A stretch of 64,000 nucleotides of DNA from a candidate division WOR-3 bacterium. GTDB lineage: Bacteria > Hydrothermota > Hydrothermia > JBDRYB01. The stretch lies in contig JBDRYB010000006.1 in the NCBI GenBank assembly GCA_039803205.1, forward strand, positions 1-64,000, written 5' to 3'. The notes under the pieces are model-generated. The model did not search any database, was not told the DNA's origin, and was given only the letters and a program-made list of their open reading frames with translations. Made by a program: the position numbers and the translations under genes. Shown here piece by piece: positions 10,168-19,740 of the stretch (position 1 is its first letter; every line of letters begins with the position of its first letter).

Positions 10168-11823
10168 ATGTCTGCAAAAGAGCTCAGATTTGACGACGAT
10201 GCGAGAAAAGCCCTGTTGGCTGGCGTTGAGGCGCTCTCGGCCGCGGTAAAAGCAACCCTGGGGCCTGCAGGCAGGAACGCCATACTTGAACGCAAATTTG
10301 GCTCACCTCTGACCACAAAGGACGGGGTCACAGTGGCCAAGGAGATAGAACTGCCGGATGGGCCTGAGAATGTTGGCGCGCAGTTGGTCCGGGAGGTAGC
10401 TTCAAAGACCTCCGATGTGGCTGGTGATGGAACAACAACAGCGACAGTGCTCGCGGAGGCCATATTCCGAGAGGGCATAAAGGCCGTCTCTACAGGTGCC
10501 AATGCTATAATGGTGAAGCGCGGCATAGATAGGGCTGTGGCTGTTGTGGTGGAGGAGCTCAAAAAGCTCTCCAAGAAGGTTGAGAAGCCCGAGGAGAAGA
10601 TGCAGGTCGCTACCATCTCCGCGAACAACGACAAGGAGATAGGCGAAAAGGTAGCCGAGGCCATGGAGAAGGTCGGCGACGAGGGCGTCATCACCGTTGA
10701 GGAGGGCAAAGGAACCGAGATAGAGGTCAAGGTTGTTGAGGGCATGCAGTTTGACAGGGGCTATATCTCACCATACTTCATCACGGACGCGGAGAAGATG
10801 GAGGCGGTCTACGAGGATGTCAACATCCTGATAGTCCAGAAAAAGCTCTCCTCCATCAAGGAGTTCAGGCCTATCCTGACAAAGGCTGTCCAGCTGGGCA
10901 ATCCCCTGCTCGTCATAGCCGAGGATGTGGAGGGCGAGGCCCTCGCAACCCTGGTATATAACCGGATAAGGTCAGGGCTTCAGGTTGTTGCTGTCAAGGC
11001 TCCCGGCTACGGCGATAGGCGAAAGGCCATGCTGGAGGATATAGCCATCCTGACTGGCGGCAAGGTCATCTCCGAGGAAGCGGGGATGAAGCTTGAGAAC
11101 GCTCAGGTTGAGGACCTTGGCAAGGCGAAGAAGATAATAGTGACAAAGGACGATACCACGATCGTTGAGGGCGCTGGTTCTCCAGAGGCCATAGAGGCTC
11201 GCAAGAAGCAGATAAGGGCCCAGATAGAGGAGACGAAGTCCGACTACGACAGGGAGAAGCTTGAGGAGCGCCTAGCCAAGCTTGCGGGCGGAGTGGCCAT
11301 CATCTATGCGGGTGCGCATACTGAGACCGAGATGAAGGAGCGCAAGGCCCGGATAGAGGATGCTGTGCACGCGACGAAGGCCGCGGTTGAAGAGGGGATC
11401 GTCCCCGGCGGCGGTGTAGCGTATCTCAGAACGATAGGCGCCCTTGAGGAGCTGGAGAAGCAGGTGGCTGATGACCCTGATACCCTTCAGGGAGTGAGGA
11501 TAGTGAAGAGGGCCCTGGAGGAACCTCTCCGTCAAATAGCCTACAACGCTGGATACGAGGGCGGCCTCGTGGTTGAGGAGGTTAAGAAGTTCGCCAAGGG
11601 AAAGGGCGAGGGCTATTCCAAGGGCTTCAACGCTCTCACTGGCGAGTATGTGGATATGTTTGAGGCCGGGATAGTTGATCCCACGAAGGTTGAGCGCGTG
11701 GCCTTGGAGAACGCCGCGTCCATAGCGGGCCTGCTCTTGACGACCGATGTCCTGGTAACCGAGAAGAAGGAAAAGGAGAAGGCACCTCCTCTCCCCGGAG
11801 GCGGCGGAGACTACGACTTCTAG
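10168..11823 (+). CDS. groEL: chaperonin GroEL
   Basis: [40 protein letters not shown]. Confidence 0.99.
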   Translation: MSAKELRFDDDARKALLAGVEALSAAVKATLGPAGRNAILERKFGSPLTTKDGVTVAKEIELPDGPENVGAQLVREVASKTSDVAGDGTTTATVLAEAIFREGIKAVSTGANAIMVKRGIDRAVAVVVEELKKLSKKVEKPEEKMQVATISANNDKEIGEKVAEAMEKVGDEGVITVEEGKGTEIEVKVVEGMQFDRGYISPYFITDAEKMEAVYEDVNILIVQKKLSSIKEFRPILTKAVQLGNPLLVIAEDVEGEALATLVYNRIRSGLQVVAVKAPGYGDRRKAMLEDIAILTGGKVISEEAGMKLENAQVEDLGKAKKIIVTKDDTTIVEGAGSPEAIEARKKQIRAQIEETKSDYDREKLEERLAKLAGGVAIIYAGAHTETEMKERKARIEDAVHATKAAVEEGIVPGGGVAYLRTIGALEELEKQVADDPDTLQGVRIVKRALEEPLRQIAYNAGYEGGLVVEEVKKFAKGKGEGYSKGFNALTGEYVDMFEAGIVDPTKVERVALENAASIAGLLLTTDVLVTEKKEKEKAPPLPGGGGDYDF

Positions 11824-11845
11824 CGTTCTCCTGCTGATGAAAATC

Positions 11846-11872
11846 AGCCCCCGGCTCGTGCCGGGGGTTTTT
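11846..11872 (+). terminator. rho-independent terminator of groEL
   Basis: GCCCCCGGC-tcgt-GCCGGGGGT followed by TTTT. Confidence 0.85.
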
Positions 11873-11912
11873 GAACCAGGGTGGTCTCATCCATTATAAT
11901 ATATGCCCTAGC

Positions 11913-11987
11913 GGGGTCGTAGTTCAGCCTGGTGAGAACGCTGGCCTGTCACGCCAGAGGTCGCGGGTTCAATTCCCGTCGGCCCCG
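11913..11987 (+). tRNA. tRNA-Asp (GTC); CCA not encoded
   Basis: GGGGTCG/CGGCCCC acceptor stem, CTGGC-CTGTCAC-GCCAG anticodon arm, GGTTCAATTCC T-loop; promoter TTGAAC-N18-TATAAT at 11871-11900. Confidence 0.97.
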
Positions 11988-12119
11988 CTCTAACCTTATC
12001 GCTAGTCAAGGTTCCCAGAAGCACGGGGAGCTTCGCTCTCCCGTCGGCCCCGCTCTAACCTTATCGCTAGTCAAGGTTCCCAGAAGCACGGGGAGCTTCG
12101 CTCTCCCGTCGGCCCCGCT
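11974..12119 (+). repeat. 65-bp exact tandem repeat (2 full copies + 16 bp) containing the tRNA-Asp 3' end
   Basis: Unit starts TCCCGTCGGCCCCGCT at 11974, 12039 and 12104; the two full copies are identical. Confidence 0.95.
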
Positions 12120-12907
12120 TATCTTAATCCGAGAAAGGAGGCCTCTGCCTTAGCTATCTCTAAGTATTCCTCTGGGCAGAGCTGATCCGCTCTCTTTTCG
12201 GGATCTATTCTGGCCGTATTGAGTATCTCAAGCGTCCCTCCCCTTAGCAAAGGCTTCAGAGAGTTCTTTATGGCCCTCCTCCTGAAACGAAAACTAGCCC
12301 AAGCTATCTTTGAGGCCCTCTCCATGAGATCAGCGGGTGTGCAGGTCTTTCGTTTTCTGAGCCTCATGAACACGCTCATCACTCTTGGCATGGGAGAGAA
12401 TGCCGCTGGTGGGATATAAAAGAGTAATTCCGGATCGTATGCGAGCCTGACCAAAACGGTTGTGTATCCGTATTCCTTTGTTCCAGGCTTTGCGAGGAGC
12501 CTGTCCGCGAACTCCTTCTGAAGGGTTATGTGCGCGTCCTCATAAAGTTCTGCCTCCTCACTCAGCTTCTCCATAGCAGGAGTTGATATGTGATACGGGA
12601 GGTTGGATATGAACCGGACAGGAACCCGCGGCAAAATGGGCCTTATCTGTAATCTCAGGTAATTCCCCTGAATCACCGTTAGGTTTTCGCCAGCTATGGG
12701 CCCGAGCCCTTTTTTGAGGCTCTCTGCCAGGATGATGTCCAGCTCCACAGCCACGACCCTCGCCCCGCGCTCAATGAGGGGTCTCGTAAGCGCGCCTTGG
12801 CCTGGCCCTACTTCAAGAAAGAGCTCTCCGGGTTTTGGGGAGAGCTCCTGGATCATCCTCTCAATGTATGTCCTGTCCCTGAGGAATACCTGGCTGAGCC
12901 TCCTCAT
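12119..12907 (-). CDS. rsmA: 16S rRNA adenine dimethyltransferase
   Basis: LSQVFL, LEVGPGQGALT, SNLPYHISTP, QKEFADRL, FSPMPRVMS. Confidence 0.95.
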   Translation of the reverse strand: MRRLSQVFLRDRTYIERMIQELSPKPGELFLEVGPGQGALTRPLIERGARVVAVELDIILAESLKKGLGPIAGENLTVIQGNYLRLQIRPILPRVPVRFISNLPYHISTPAMEKLSEEAELYEDAHITLQKEFADRLLAKPGTKEYGYTTVLVRLAYDPELLFYIPPAAFSPMPRVMSVFMRLRKRKTCTPADLMERASKIAWASFRFRRRAIKNSLKPLLRGGTLEILNTARIDPEKRADQLCPEEYLEIAKAEASFLGLR

Positions 12908-13809
12908 CTCAAACCGCGCATGAAATCCGCCGAGAGCATTGGCCTACCCCCCTCTGGTTGCAAGGTTTCTATGCAGACAACGCCTCCGGAGCAAGCTACC
13001 ATGAGATACCTCTCCCCGAGGATTACCTCTCCGGGCTGGCCGGCTAGGCCCCTGGCAGGAAAAGCCCTGAGGAGCTTGATCAGCCTGCCTCGGAAGGTCA
13101 TCCTCGCTCCAGGCTTCGGAGAGAGGGCGTTTATGTGCCTGGCCACCTCTTCAGGGCTCATGTTCCAAAGAGGCCAGAGCTCGGATTTCTCTATTTTGGG
13201 CGCGTATGAGGGCTCGCCTTCCTGGGGGACCGGTTTGAGTGAGCCACTAGCAAGCCCCTCAAAGGCGGATCTTACGAGCTCCGGCGCTATGGCGAGGTAT
13301 GCCGTGACGATGTCCTCTTTCGTGGGATAATCTGGCAGGGCCACCTCCTTCGTTTTGCTGATCTCCTCCTGTAGGACAATAGGCCCAGTGTCAGTCCCCT
13401 CGTCCATCACGAAAACCGTGAGCCCGTATGGCCCTCCGGCCATGATTGACCTCTCTATGGGTGCCGCTCCCCGCCATCTCGGTAGAAGCGAAGGGTGAAG
13501 GTTCAAGGGTGCTATTCTTGGCAGTTCAAGGAGTGGCTTTTTGAGGATCCTCCCAAAGTCTGAGACGAGTATAAAATCCGTTCTCGGCAGACCGGAAACG
13601 AAATCCGGAGAGTTGACCCTCTCGGGTTGAACAAGGGTAAGCCCTAGCCTCCTGGAGGCCTGAGGCACGGGGCCAGGGGTGATCATGAGGCCACGGCCGC
13701 GAGGCTTGTCCGGGGTGGAAACAACGAGATCTGGCATGATGTTGCTCTCGGCCAGAACCCCAAGTAACCTCGCCGCAAAATCTCCGGAGCCAAAGAAGAT
13801 ATAGCTCAT
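12904..13809 (-). CDS. fmt: methionyl-tRNA formyltransferase
   Basis: PDKPRGRG, NLHPSLLPRWRGAAPIERSI, MDEGTDTG, YAPKIEK. Confidence 0.95.
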   Translation of the reverse strand: MSYIFFGSGDFAARLLGVLAESNIMPDLVVSTPDKPRGRGLMITPGPVPQASRRLGLTLVQPERVNSPDFVSGLPRTDFILVSDFGRILKKPLLELPRIAPLNLHPSLLPRWRGAAPIERSIMAGGPYGLTVFVMDEGTDTGPIVLQEEISKTKEVALPDYPTKEDIVTAYLAIAPELVRSAFEGLASGSLKPVPQEGEPSYAPKIEKSELWPLWNMSPEEVARHINALSPKPGARMTFRGRLIKLLRAFPARGLAGQPGEVILGERYLMVACSGGVVCIETLQPEGGRPMLSADFMRGLR

Positions 13810-15428
13810 TTCGCTGAGAAGACCCTTCTCGCGCTTATCAACCCCTTCGTTCCTTTTAGGATCGCCACATAAACCCCTGGCTTGAGGGCGGAGAGATCAA
13901 AGCCGCAAGGACTATCCCATGTTCCCGAAAACAGGACATCCGAGAGCCTTCCAGCCGCGTCGTAAATCTCAAGGGAGGCGGAGACCCCTTTGCCAGGGTA
14001 TGCCCAGAGATAACCGTCCCTCTGCATGAGGCCGGGGGCGATTGGCCTCTCAGCCTCATCCTGTCCAACCATGCCAACATAAAGAACCGTTGTTCCGGGC
14101 GGGATGCTGTCAACCGCTACCTCACATAGGCCAGAGGGTGCTTGTTTAACGATGTATCCCGGCCCCGATACCTCATATTCGTATCCGGAGCGCATCCGCG
14201 GCCAGACCCTCCCGTCATAGAAGCACCTGTTATTGGCGTTGGTTATTACGATGGCGCAGGTCGTGCTGTCGTTGTTGTAATAATAGGAATCATCAAGGTT
14301 GTATAGCCTGAGGGAGCGATCCGCGGAGCCATTCTCCGTGAACTCAAGAAGCCCACCCCTGTGCCCTGAGATGAACCTATAGCCAGCTGAGCCAGGATCC
14401 GCCTTGCATGTGGTCGTTGTCTGTATGAACATAGGAACATCAGGAAGGGGATCGGGCAGATCACCCTGAACCCATGTCCCATCGGAGAGAAAAAGCCTGT
14501 CCTCGTGGGTGTGGCCCGCTATTGCCATATCAAGGCCGTATGTCTCAGAGTAGGTTATGAACTCGGTTGTTCCGTGGGTGTTTGAATCATCGTTATCGTC
14601 CTTGTCTATTACAGGGCCGTGCATCATGGCCATGAGCAACGGATAATCCCGATGCTGGGAGAGGTCCTGGGATATGAACGAGAGCTGGTCCGGCCTGAAC
14701 CCGTAGCAGTATGAATCTAGGTCAACATATATGTTGTCAGGGCCGGTGTCAAGGCAAAGCATGTGAAGGATGCTCCCGTAATCAAAGGCGTAATCCGGAT
14801 AAGGGTTCACTATCCGCAGGTAATTCGTCTCCTCGTTTCCAACATACATCCAGTTATACCAGTCGTGGTTTCCGGAGACAACGAAGCACGGAACCCTCAA
14901 ACTCTCCGATATTTCCAGGAATTCCCTATACCAATTGGGAGAATCCCCAACCTGGCCCTTCTCCACGATATCCCCTGTTATTATCACGAAATCAGGGTTT
15001 ATAAGATTCGCTTCCCTCGTTGCCCTGGTGTAGTTTTGGCTCTCTCGGGCAGAGTAGCCTATATGGATGTCCGTGAAGTGGAGGAAACGAACCGTATCAC
15101 GCCAGGATCCGTATATCATCACGGCGTTCGGCTGGGTATCTGAGCCAAGGGGCGTGCTCAGCGCCAAGGCGTATAGGCCAGGCTCAGCTCCATAGGGGAT
15201 AAAAGCGCATAGGCTGTAAAGGGTGTCGTGGGCCTCTGGTTCATCGTGCGAAAGGGAGATGCTCCCGAACTCAGAGATTAGGGTTATGTAAAGGGGGGAA
15301 AGCGGACCAGAGGCCTTAAACACAACGCTTATGGTATCCCCTGGAACAGCCAGGGCTGGCCTCGCTAGCCGCGGATACGAGAGCCACGGCTGAGCTAGGA
15401 GCAATGCGGCTAAGATATGTCCTGTCAT
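13806..15428 (-). CDS. secreted calcineurin-like metallophosphoesterase with T9SS-type C-terminal domain
   Basis: HFTDIH, TGD, GNHD, AGHTH motifs; C-terminal IYDAAGR...PGVY. Confidence 0.85.
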   Translation of the reverse strand: MTGHILAALLLAQPWLSYPRLARPALAVPGDTISVVFKASGPLSPLYITLISEFGSISLSHDEPEAHDTLYSLCAFIPYGAEPGLYALALSTPLGSDTQPNAVMIYGSWRDTVRFLHFTDIHIGYSARESQNYTRATREANLINPDFVIITGDIVEKGQVGDSPNWYREFLEISESLRVPCFVVSGNHDWYNWMYVGNEETNYLRIVNPYPDYAFDYGSILHMLCLDTGPDNIYVDLDSYCYGFRPDQLSFISQDLSQHRDYPLLMAMMHGPVIDKDDNDDSNTHGTTEFITYSETYGLDMAIAGHTHEDRLFLSDGTWVQGDLPDPLPDVPMFIQTTTTCKADPGSAGYRFISGHRGGLLEFTENGSADRSLRLYNLDDSYYYNNDSTTCAIVITNANNRCFYDGRVWPRMRSGYEYEVSGPGYIVKQAPSGLCEVAVDSIPPGTTVLYVGMVGQDEAERPIAPGLMQRDGYLWAYPGKGVSASLEIYDAAGRLSDVLFSGTWDSPCGFDLSALKPGVYVAILKGTKGLISARRVFSAK

Positions 15429-16387
15429 TTGAACCTCACAGCGTTAAGGAACTCCACCGCTAGACTTGTATATTCCTCGTCCATCTCGTGGGAAGAGAAG
15501 ACAGCGGAAACCCAGCATATCCCACCCTCGGATCTTACATCCGCGACCCCATATTTCTTCATCACGCCCTTCATTTTAGTTTTGTGCTTGAACCAGAACC
15601 GAAACCTTGGTTTTCCGGATAGTTCGGCTGTCCCCTCAAGGCCGAACTCCTCTGCATCCTGGGTGCGTTTCAAGGCTTTCTCGAGGGCCTCGGCAGACCC
15701 CTCATTCCCCTCCCACGAAGCAACGATTGCATCAACCCTCTTAGTTCCCTTGTAAGGGATCATGACGGCCAGGGAAAACCCCCATTCCTCTGGCAACGCG
15801 TAAAGGGTCGCCGGAACAAGGCCGCCCGGCTCTGTGAAGCACATCAACCATCTGGGCGCGGACGAGAGATCCACCTCCACCCGCTCGTTGGAAAACCTCA
15901 CCTCCCCTAGGGAAATCTTCGGATTCTCCACCTTTTCCAGGGAGAGGCCCTGAACGAATTCCCGATAGACCGATGAGGCATCGGAGAATCTGGCCCCCGG
16001 TTCAAGCCTGAAAAGGGCCTTGAAGTAAAGCGCGCCTGCTTTTACGGCCAAAAGCGCGTTTTCACACCGAACTCCCCCAGCCTCGGCGGCCATGACCACG
16101 CTCCTTGCTTTAAAATCACCGAGAAAGAAGGTGGTATCCTCCGAAACACTAGCATCCGGAAACTCTCCCTTTACGCTGGCCGTGAAGGCCTGCACCATCA
16201 TTTCCAGGGTCATTGATCTCTCTATGCCCCAGTAGAAGGAAACCCTCTGGAAAGGCCTCTTAGTGACCACAGCCCCTATCTGGCTGGAAGAGATCATTAC
16301 ACCTGTCTGAACCCACCCGGGCGGCAGGGAGAGCCTTACCCCAGCGAGGGAATCCTCAAACACTATGGAAAGAAGGATCGCCATCAT
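15425..16387 (-). CDS. hypothetical exported protein
   Basis: 320-aa ORF with ATGA-type overlaps to both neighbours; short hydrophobic N-terminus; LSLPPGW motif. Confidence 0.6.
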   Translation of the reverse strand: MMAILLSIVFEDSLAGVRLSLPPGWVQTGVMISSSQIGAVVTKRPFQRVSFYWGIERSMTLEMMVQAFTASVKGEFPDASVSEDTTFFLGDFKARSVVMAAEAGGVRCENALLAVKAGALYFKALFRLEPGARFSDASSVYREFVQGLSLEKVENPKISLGEVRFSNERVEVDLSSAPRWLMCFTEPGGLVPATLYALPEEWGFSLAVMIPYKGTKRVDAIVASWEGNEGSAEALEKALKRTQDAEEFGLEGTAELSGKPRFRFWFKHKTKMKGVMKKYGVADVRSEGGICWVSAVFSSHEMDEEYTSLAVEFLNAVRFK

Positions 16388-16872
16388 ACTGAAGGTTTCC
16401 TAAGCTTCTTAGCGACCACCTCAGGAACCATTGAGGAGACATCCCCGCCCATCGCGGCTATTTCCTTAACCAGGCTTGATGAGAGATAGGCGAACTCCTC
16501 GGACGGGATGAGGAATATGGTCTCTGTCTCAGGCGAGAGGCGTCTGTTCATCCAGGCCATCTTGAACTCATACTCAAAATCCGAGACAGCCCGTAGCCCC
16601 CTTATTATGGCCTTTGCTCCAACTCGCTTCACGAAATCCGTTAGAAGCCCACCGAAAGAGCTAACCTCTATGTTTGGGATACCTGAGAGCGCCTCTTGAA
16701 CAAAGTAAAGCCTCTCACCGAGCGAGAAGACGCACGGCTTGTGCTTTGCCTCTGATACAGCGACAATCACCCGTGGGAATATAAGGGCCGCCCTCTTGGC
16801 TATGTCCATGTGGCCCAGGGTTATGGGGTCAAAACTGCCCGGATACACGGCGATAGATTCCCAAGCTGACAT
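16384..16872 (-). CDS. coaD: pantetheine-phosphate adenylyltransferase
   Basis: AVYPGSFDPITLGH, IRGLRAVSDFEYE, SSSLVKEIA. Confidence 0.97.
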   Translation of the reverse strand: MSAWESIAVYPGSFDPITLGHMDIAKRAALIFPRVIVAVSEAKHKPCVFSLGERLYFVQEALSGIPNIEVSSFGGLLTDFVKRVGAKAIIRGLRAVSDFEYEFKMAWMNRRLSPETETIFLIPSEEFAYLSSSLVKEIAAMGGDVSSMVPEVVAKKLRKPSV

Positions 16873-17368
16873 CTCTCATCCTCCATGTGTCCTCTTTTTC
16901 AAAACCCACCAGATCCGGCATACCCTCTCTTGCGCTCCTTTCAAGAATAAAAATCCCTCCAGGAGATATGATTCGGTGTAGACCAAAGAGGCATCTCTCT
17001 ATGTCCACAAAATCATAAGGGGGGTCAGCGAAACACCAGTCAAACCTCTCTCGCTTTCTCTCAAGCTCCCTAAGGGCAGAAGCGGCATCCTCTTTCATTA
17101 TCCTGGCTCTGTCCGATAATCCGAGCCTCCTGAGGTTCTCGGTTATGGCCATTACACCTTTTTCCCATTTCTCCACGAAAACCACGAACGCGGCGCCCCG
17201 GCAGAGGGCTTCAATGCCAACCGCTCCGGATCCGGCAAATAGTTCCAGCATCCTCGTTCCAAGAATCTCATTTCCGAGCCTATCAAAGAGCGAGCGCCTC
17301 ACATAAGCCTGCGTTGGCCTTATGCCCTTTGGCGCCTCAAGCGCTCTTCCTGCCACCCTAATCCTCAT
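16829..17368 (-). CDS. rsmD: 16S rRNA (guanine966-N2) methyltransferase
   Basis: IRPT, LELFAGSGAVGIEAL-RGA, FADPPY. Confidence 0.92.
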   Translation of the reverse strand: MRIRVAGRALEAPKGIRPTQAYVRRSLFDRLGNEILGTRMLELFAGSGAVGIEALCRGAAFVVFVEKWEKGVMAITENLRRLGLSDRARIMKEDAASALRELERKRERFDWCFADPPYDFVDIERCLFGLHRIISPGGIFILERSAREGMPDLVGFEKEDTWRMRDVSLGIYRRVSGQF

Positions 17369-18131
17369 GGTGCACCACCACTTGTGGGAGCGGGATCTCT
17401 ATCCCCGCGGACTCAAGGGCCTCTTTTACCAGGATAACGAGCCTTGAGCTCGCGTCAAAGAAATCGTTCTGGTCTATCCAGGCCATCACCCTGAGCCTGA
17501 TCCCGTGATCCCCGAAGCCCTTCGCTATAATAATGGGTTCGGGGTTTGCGAGGAAAAGGGGATCAGCGGCCAAGGCCTCTCGGATCGCGGATATTGCCCT
17601 TTCTGGGTCGCCCTTGTATGACATGTTCACGGCTGTCTCTATCCTTCGGATCTCGTAGGCCGTGAGGTTCTTCACCACCTTGTTTAGAACCTCCGTGTTG
17701 GGTATCCTAACCACTATGTTGTCAAATGTTCTGAGCTTCACGGACAGAAACCCTATTTCAAGCACTATTCCTACCGTATCACCTATCTCAACAACATCGC
17801 CCTCCTTGAAGGATTTGTCCAGGAGAAGAAAATAGCCCGAGATGAAGTTTGATATGGATGTTTGGGCCACAAATGTTATCAGCAATGCGAGAACAGTCCC
17901 CGTTACTCCGGCCGTCGCCAGGGCCCCCTTCCAGCTGAAACCGAGGCTCATCACCGCGAAGAACACCCCTATCACCGCCCCGAGTATGAAAACCGTCCTG
18001 GAATAGAGTAGAGCGCTTGCCCCCATGTGCTTTCTTATGAGCCTCCCTATTAGCCATCCAGCGAACACGATCCCTCCCCCTGTTCCTATCGCGAGGAGAA
18101 CCCTTATTATCAGATCCGGCTTAAATGACAT
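17358..18131 (-). CDS. mscS: small-conductance mechanosensitive channel
   Basis: Three TM helices, AQTSISNFISG, F-EGD-VEIG, DN-VVRIPN. Confidence 0.9.
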   Translation of the reverse strand: MSFKPDLIIRVLLAIGTGGGIVFAGWLIGRLIRKHMGASALLYSRTVFILGAVIGVFFAVMSLGFSWKGALATAGVTGTVLALLITFVAQTSISNFISGYFLLLDKSFKEGDVVEIGDTVGIVLEIGFLSVKLRTFDNIVVRIPNTEVLNKVVKNLTAYEIRRIETAVNMSYKGDPERAISAIREALAADPLFLANPEPIIIAKGFGDHGIRLRVMAWIDQNDFFDASSRLVILVKEALESAGIEIPLPQVVVHHED

Positions 18132-18759
18132 CCTTCAACCTCTGAACGAATTTCTTGAGGCGCTTGTTTATCTCGCTCTCTCTCCTCCCCCTTATTATCA
18201 GCTCGCCAGGACCCTGATCCGTGTGCTTCACATCGATCTCGTCGTGGCCCAGATGCACTATTAGCCTCTCAGATACCCACTCCCCATCGTGTTCAAAAAC
18301 CGAAAGGAGCCACGGCGCGAGCGTCAGCTCGTCAAAGCAGAGGGTTTCTTTCTCGTGGTTGACGACTGAAACATCAACTAGTAGGCCGGGCTGATAAATC
18401 TCGCCGGAACGCACATAGACCGCAAATGCACCGCCAGTCGTTGGGCCGAGATATGTCCTCTTGAGCCTGGGATTGTGATCCCCTATCTTGAGATCACCGA
18501 GAAAAACCTCAACGCCGACCGGGAAAACTGCTGTGAGCGCGACCGATGAGCCAGGCGCGATGATGACCGGGGGCTCAACATCCAGGTAATACCTCTCTTT
18601 TGGCAAAATGGGAGCAATAAGGACATCGCGGCCCACAGGGTCAAAAGGAAGAAGGCAATTCACCGAGCCAATTGCCCTCCAGCCATCCCCATCCCTCAGG
18701 AATTCAATGTCAAGGTCTCCCCACCTGATCCTCTCGCCAGCTCTCCCGGTTTTTATCAT
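18121..18759 (-). CDS. DUF432-like protein
   Basis: P-P...PVIIAPG...PV-VEV...K-TYLGP-T-G pattern and position directly upstream of mscS. Confidence 0.55.
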   Translation of the reverse strand: MIKTGRAGERIRWGDLDIEFLRDGDGWRAIGSVNCLLPFDPVGRDVLIAPILPKERYYLDVEPPVIIAPGSSVALTAVFPVGVEVFLGDLKIGDHNPRLKRTYLGPTTGGAFAVYVRSGEIYQPGLLVDVSVVNHEKETLCFDELTLAPWLLSVFEHDGEWVSERLIVHLGHDEIDVKHTDQGPGELIIRGRRESEINKRLKKFVQRLKDVI

Positions 18760-19691
18760 TTGAAGTGCTTTAGAAGCATGTTTTCCATGATGAGAAGCCC
18801 ATACTGGCCATCAGCCACATATACAAGGGGTAAGGCCAGGCTTATGTCAGAGCTAAAGCCAGCGGTATTGTAATATGCCCTTTCTATGGGATTAGCAGGG
18901 TCAGAGACATCTATTATCCGGAGGCCTCCGCCGCCATCAGCCACATAAGCGTATTTCCCCGAAACCCTCACTGCTTTGGAAAACCCCGTGGTCTTGTATT
19001 GGCCCACAAGGGGTTCTGTTCTGCTGAAATCAAGAATGAGAAGCCCCTCTTTTCCGTCAGCTACAAAAACATATTTTCCGCCTATGGCGACGCCGGAAGC
19101 GAGGCCTTTTGTGTCGTATCTGCCCACTATCTTTGGCGCGCCAGGGTTGGAGACATCAAGAAGAAAGACCCCTGTCTCGCCATCAGCAACGGCCGCGTAG
19201 CTCCCGGAAACATCAACGGACTGAGCATACCCAGGAGTGTCAAAATAAGCCACATCCTGAGGGAACAAGGGATCCGCGAGAGACACGACGATGAGACCCT
19301 CCTCCCCGCCTGCGATGAACCCATATGAGCCCGAAAATGCCATATCCATGCAGTTCGCATCCGAAGGATATGTTCCTCTCTCCTCTCCTCTGAAGGCCAT
19401 TAGGCCCTGGCGGCCCTCAAGTATGGCATATATAACGCCGCCGTAGCACCTCACGGTTTTGACAGGAAAAGGGGTGGGGATGAGGGTGGCCTCTGCCGCG
19501 TCCCGTGATACAGCATAAACCCCTTCCTTTGTGGCCGCGTAAGCTTTCTTGCCATCGGTCGCTACTGATGGCGTAAACGAGAATGGCCATGCCTTTTCTA
19601 TTCTCACATAGAGGGAATCGGTTCCCCCGCCAAACCCACCGGCGCCCAGGCCCAATTGGGAAATAATTACCAAAATAAAATCAACAAACAT
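18756..19691 (-). CDS. LVIVD-repeat beta-propeller protein
   Basis: Repeated YAYVADG-GL-IIDVSDP-NP units. Confidence 0.85.
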   Translation of the reverse strand: MFVDFILVIISQLGLGAGGFGGGTDSLYVRIEKAWPFSFTPSVATDGKKAYAATKEGVYAVSRDAAEATLIPTPFPVKTVRCYGGVIYAILEGRQGLMAFRGEERGTYPSDANCMDMAFSGSYGFIAGGEEGLIVVSLADPLFPQDVAYFDTPGYAQSVDVSGSYAAVADGETGVFLLDVSNPGAPKIVGRYDTKGLASGVAIGGKYVFVADGKEGLLILDFSRTEPLVGQYKTTGFSKAVRVSGKYAYVADGGGGLRIIDVSDPANPIERAYYNTAGFSSDISLALPLVYVADGQYGLLIMENMLLKHFK

Positions 19692-19740
19692 AACCTGCCT
19701 CCGGTAGTATGCAAATGATAACGCAGGACGCTTCCGCCGG

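Noticed and set aside
9798..10745. 315-aa ORF antisense to groES/groEL, and similar shadow ORFs over prs, recN and others
   Set aside because: These are antisense mirrors of conserved genes, explained by codon bias, with no recognisable motifs.
11974..12119. Mini-CRISPR interpretation of the repeats after tRNA-Asp
   Set aside because: The intervening segments are identical rather than unique spacers, the repeat is the tRNA 3' end, and there are no cas genes in the window.
11913..12119. Integrated prophage or genomic island at tRNA-Asp
   Set aside because: Only 51 bp lie between the duplicated tRNA ends, and no integrase is present.
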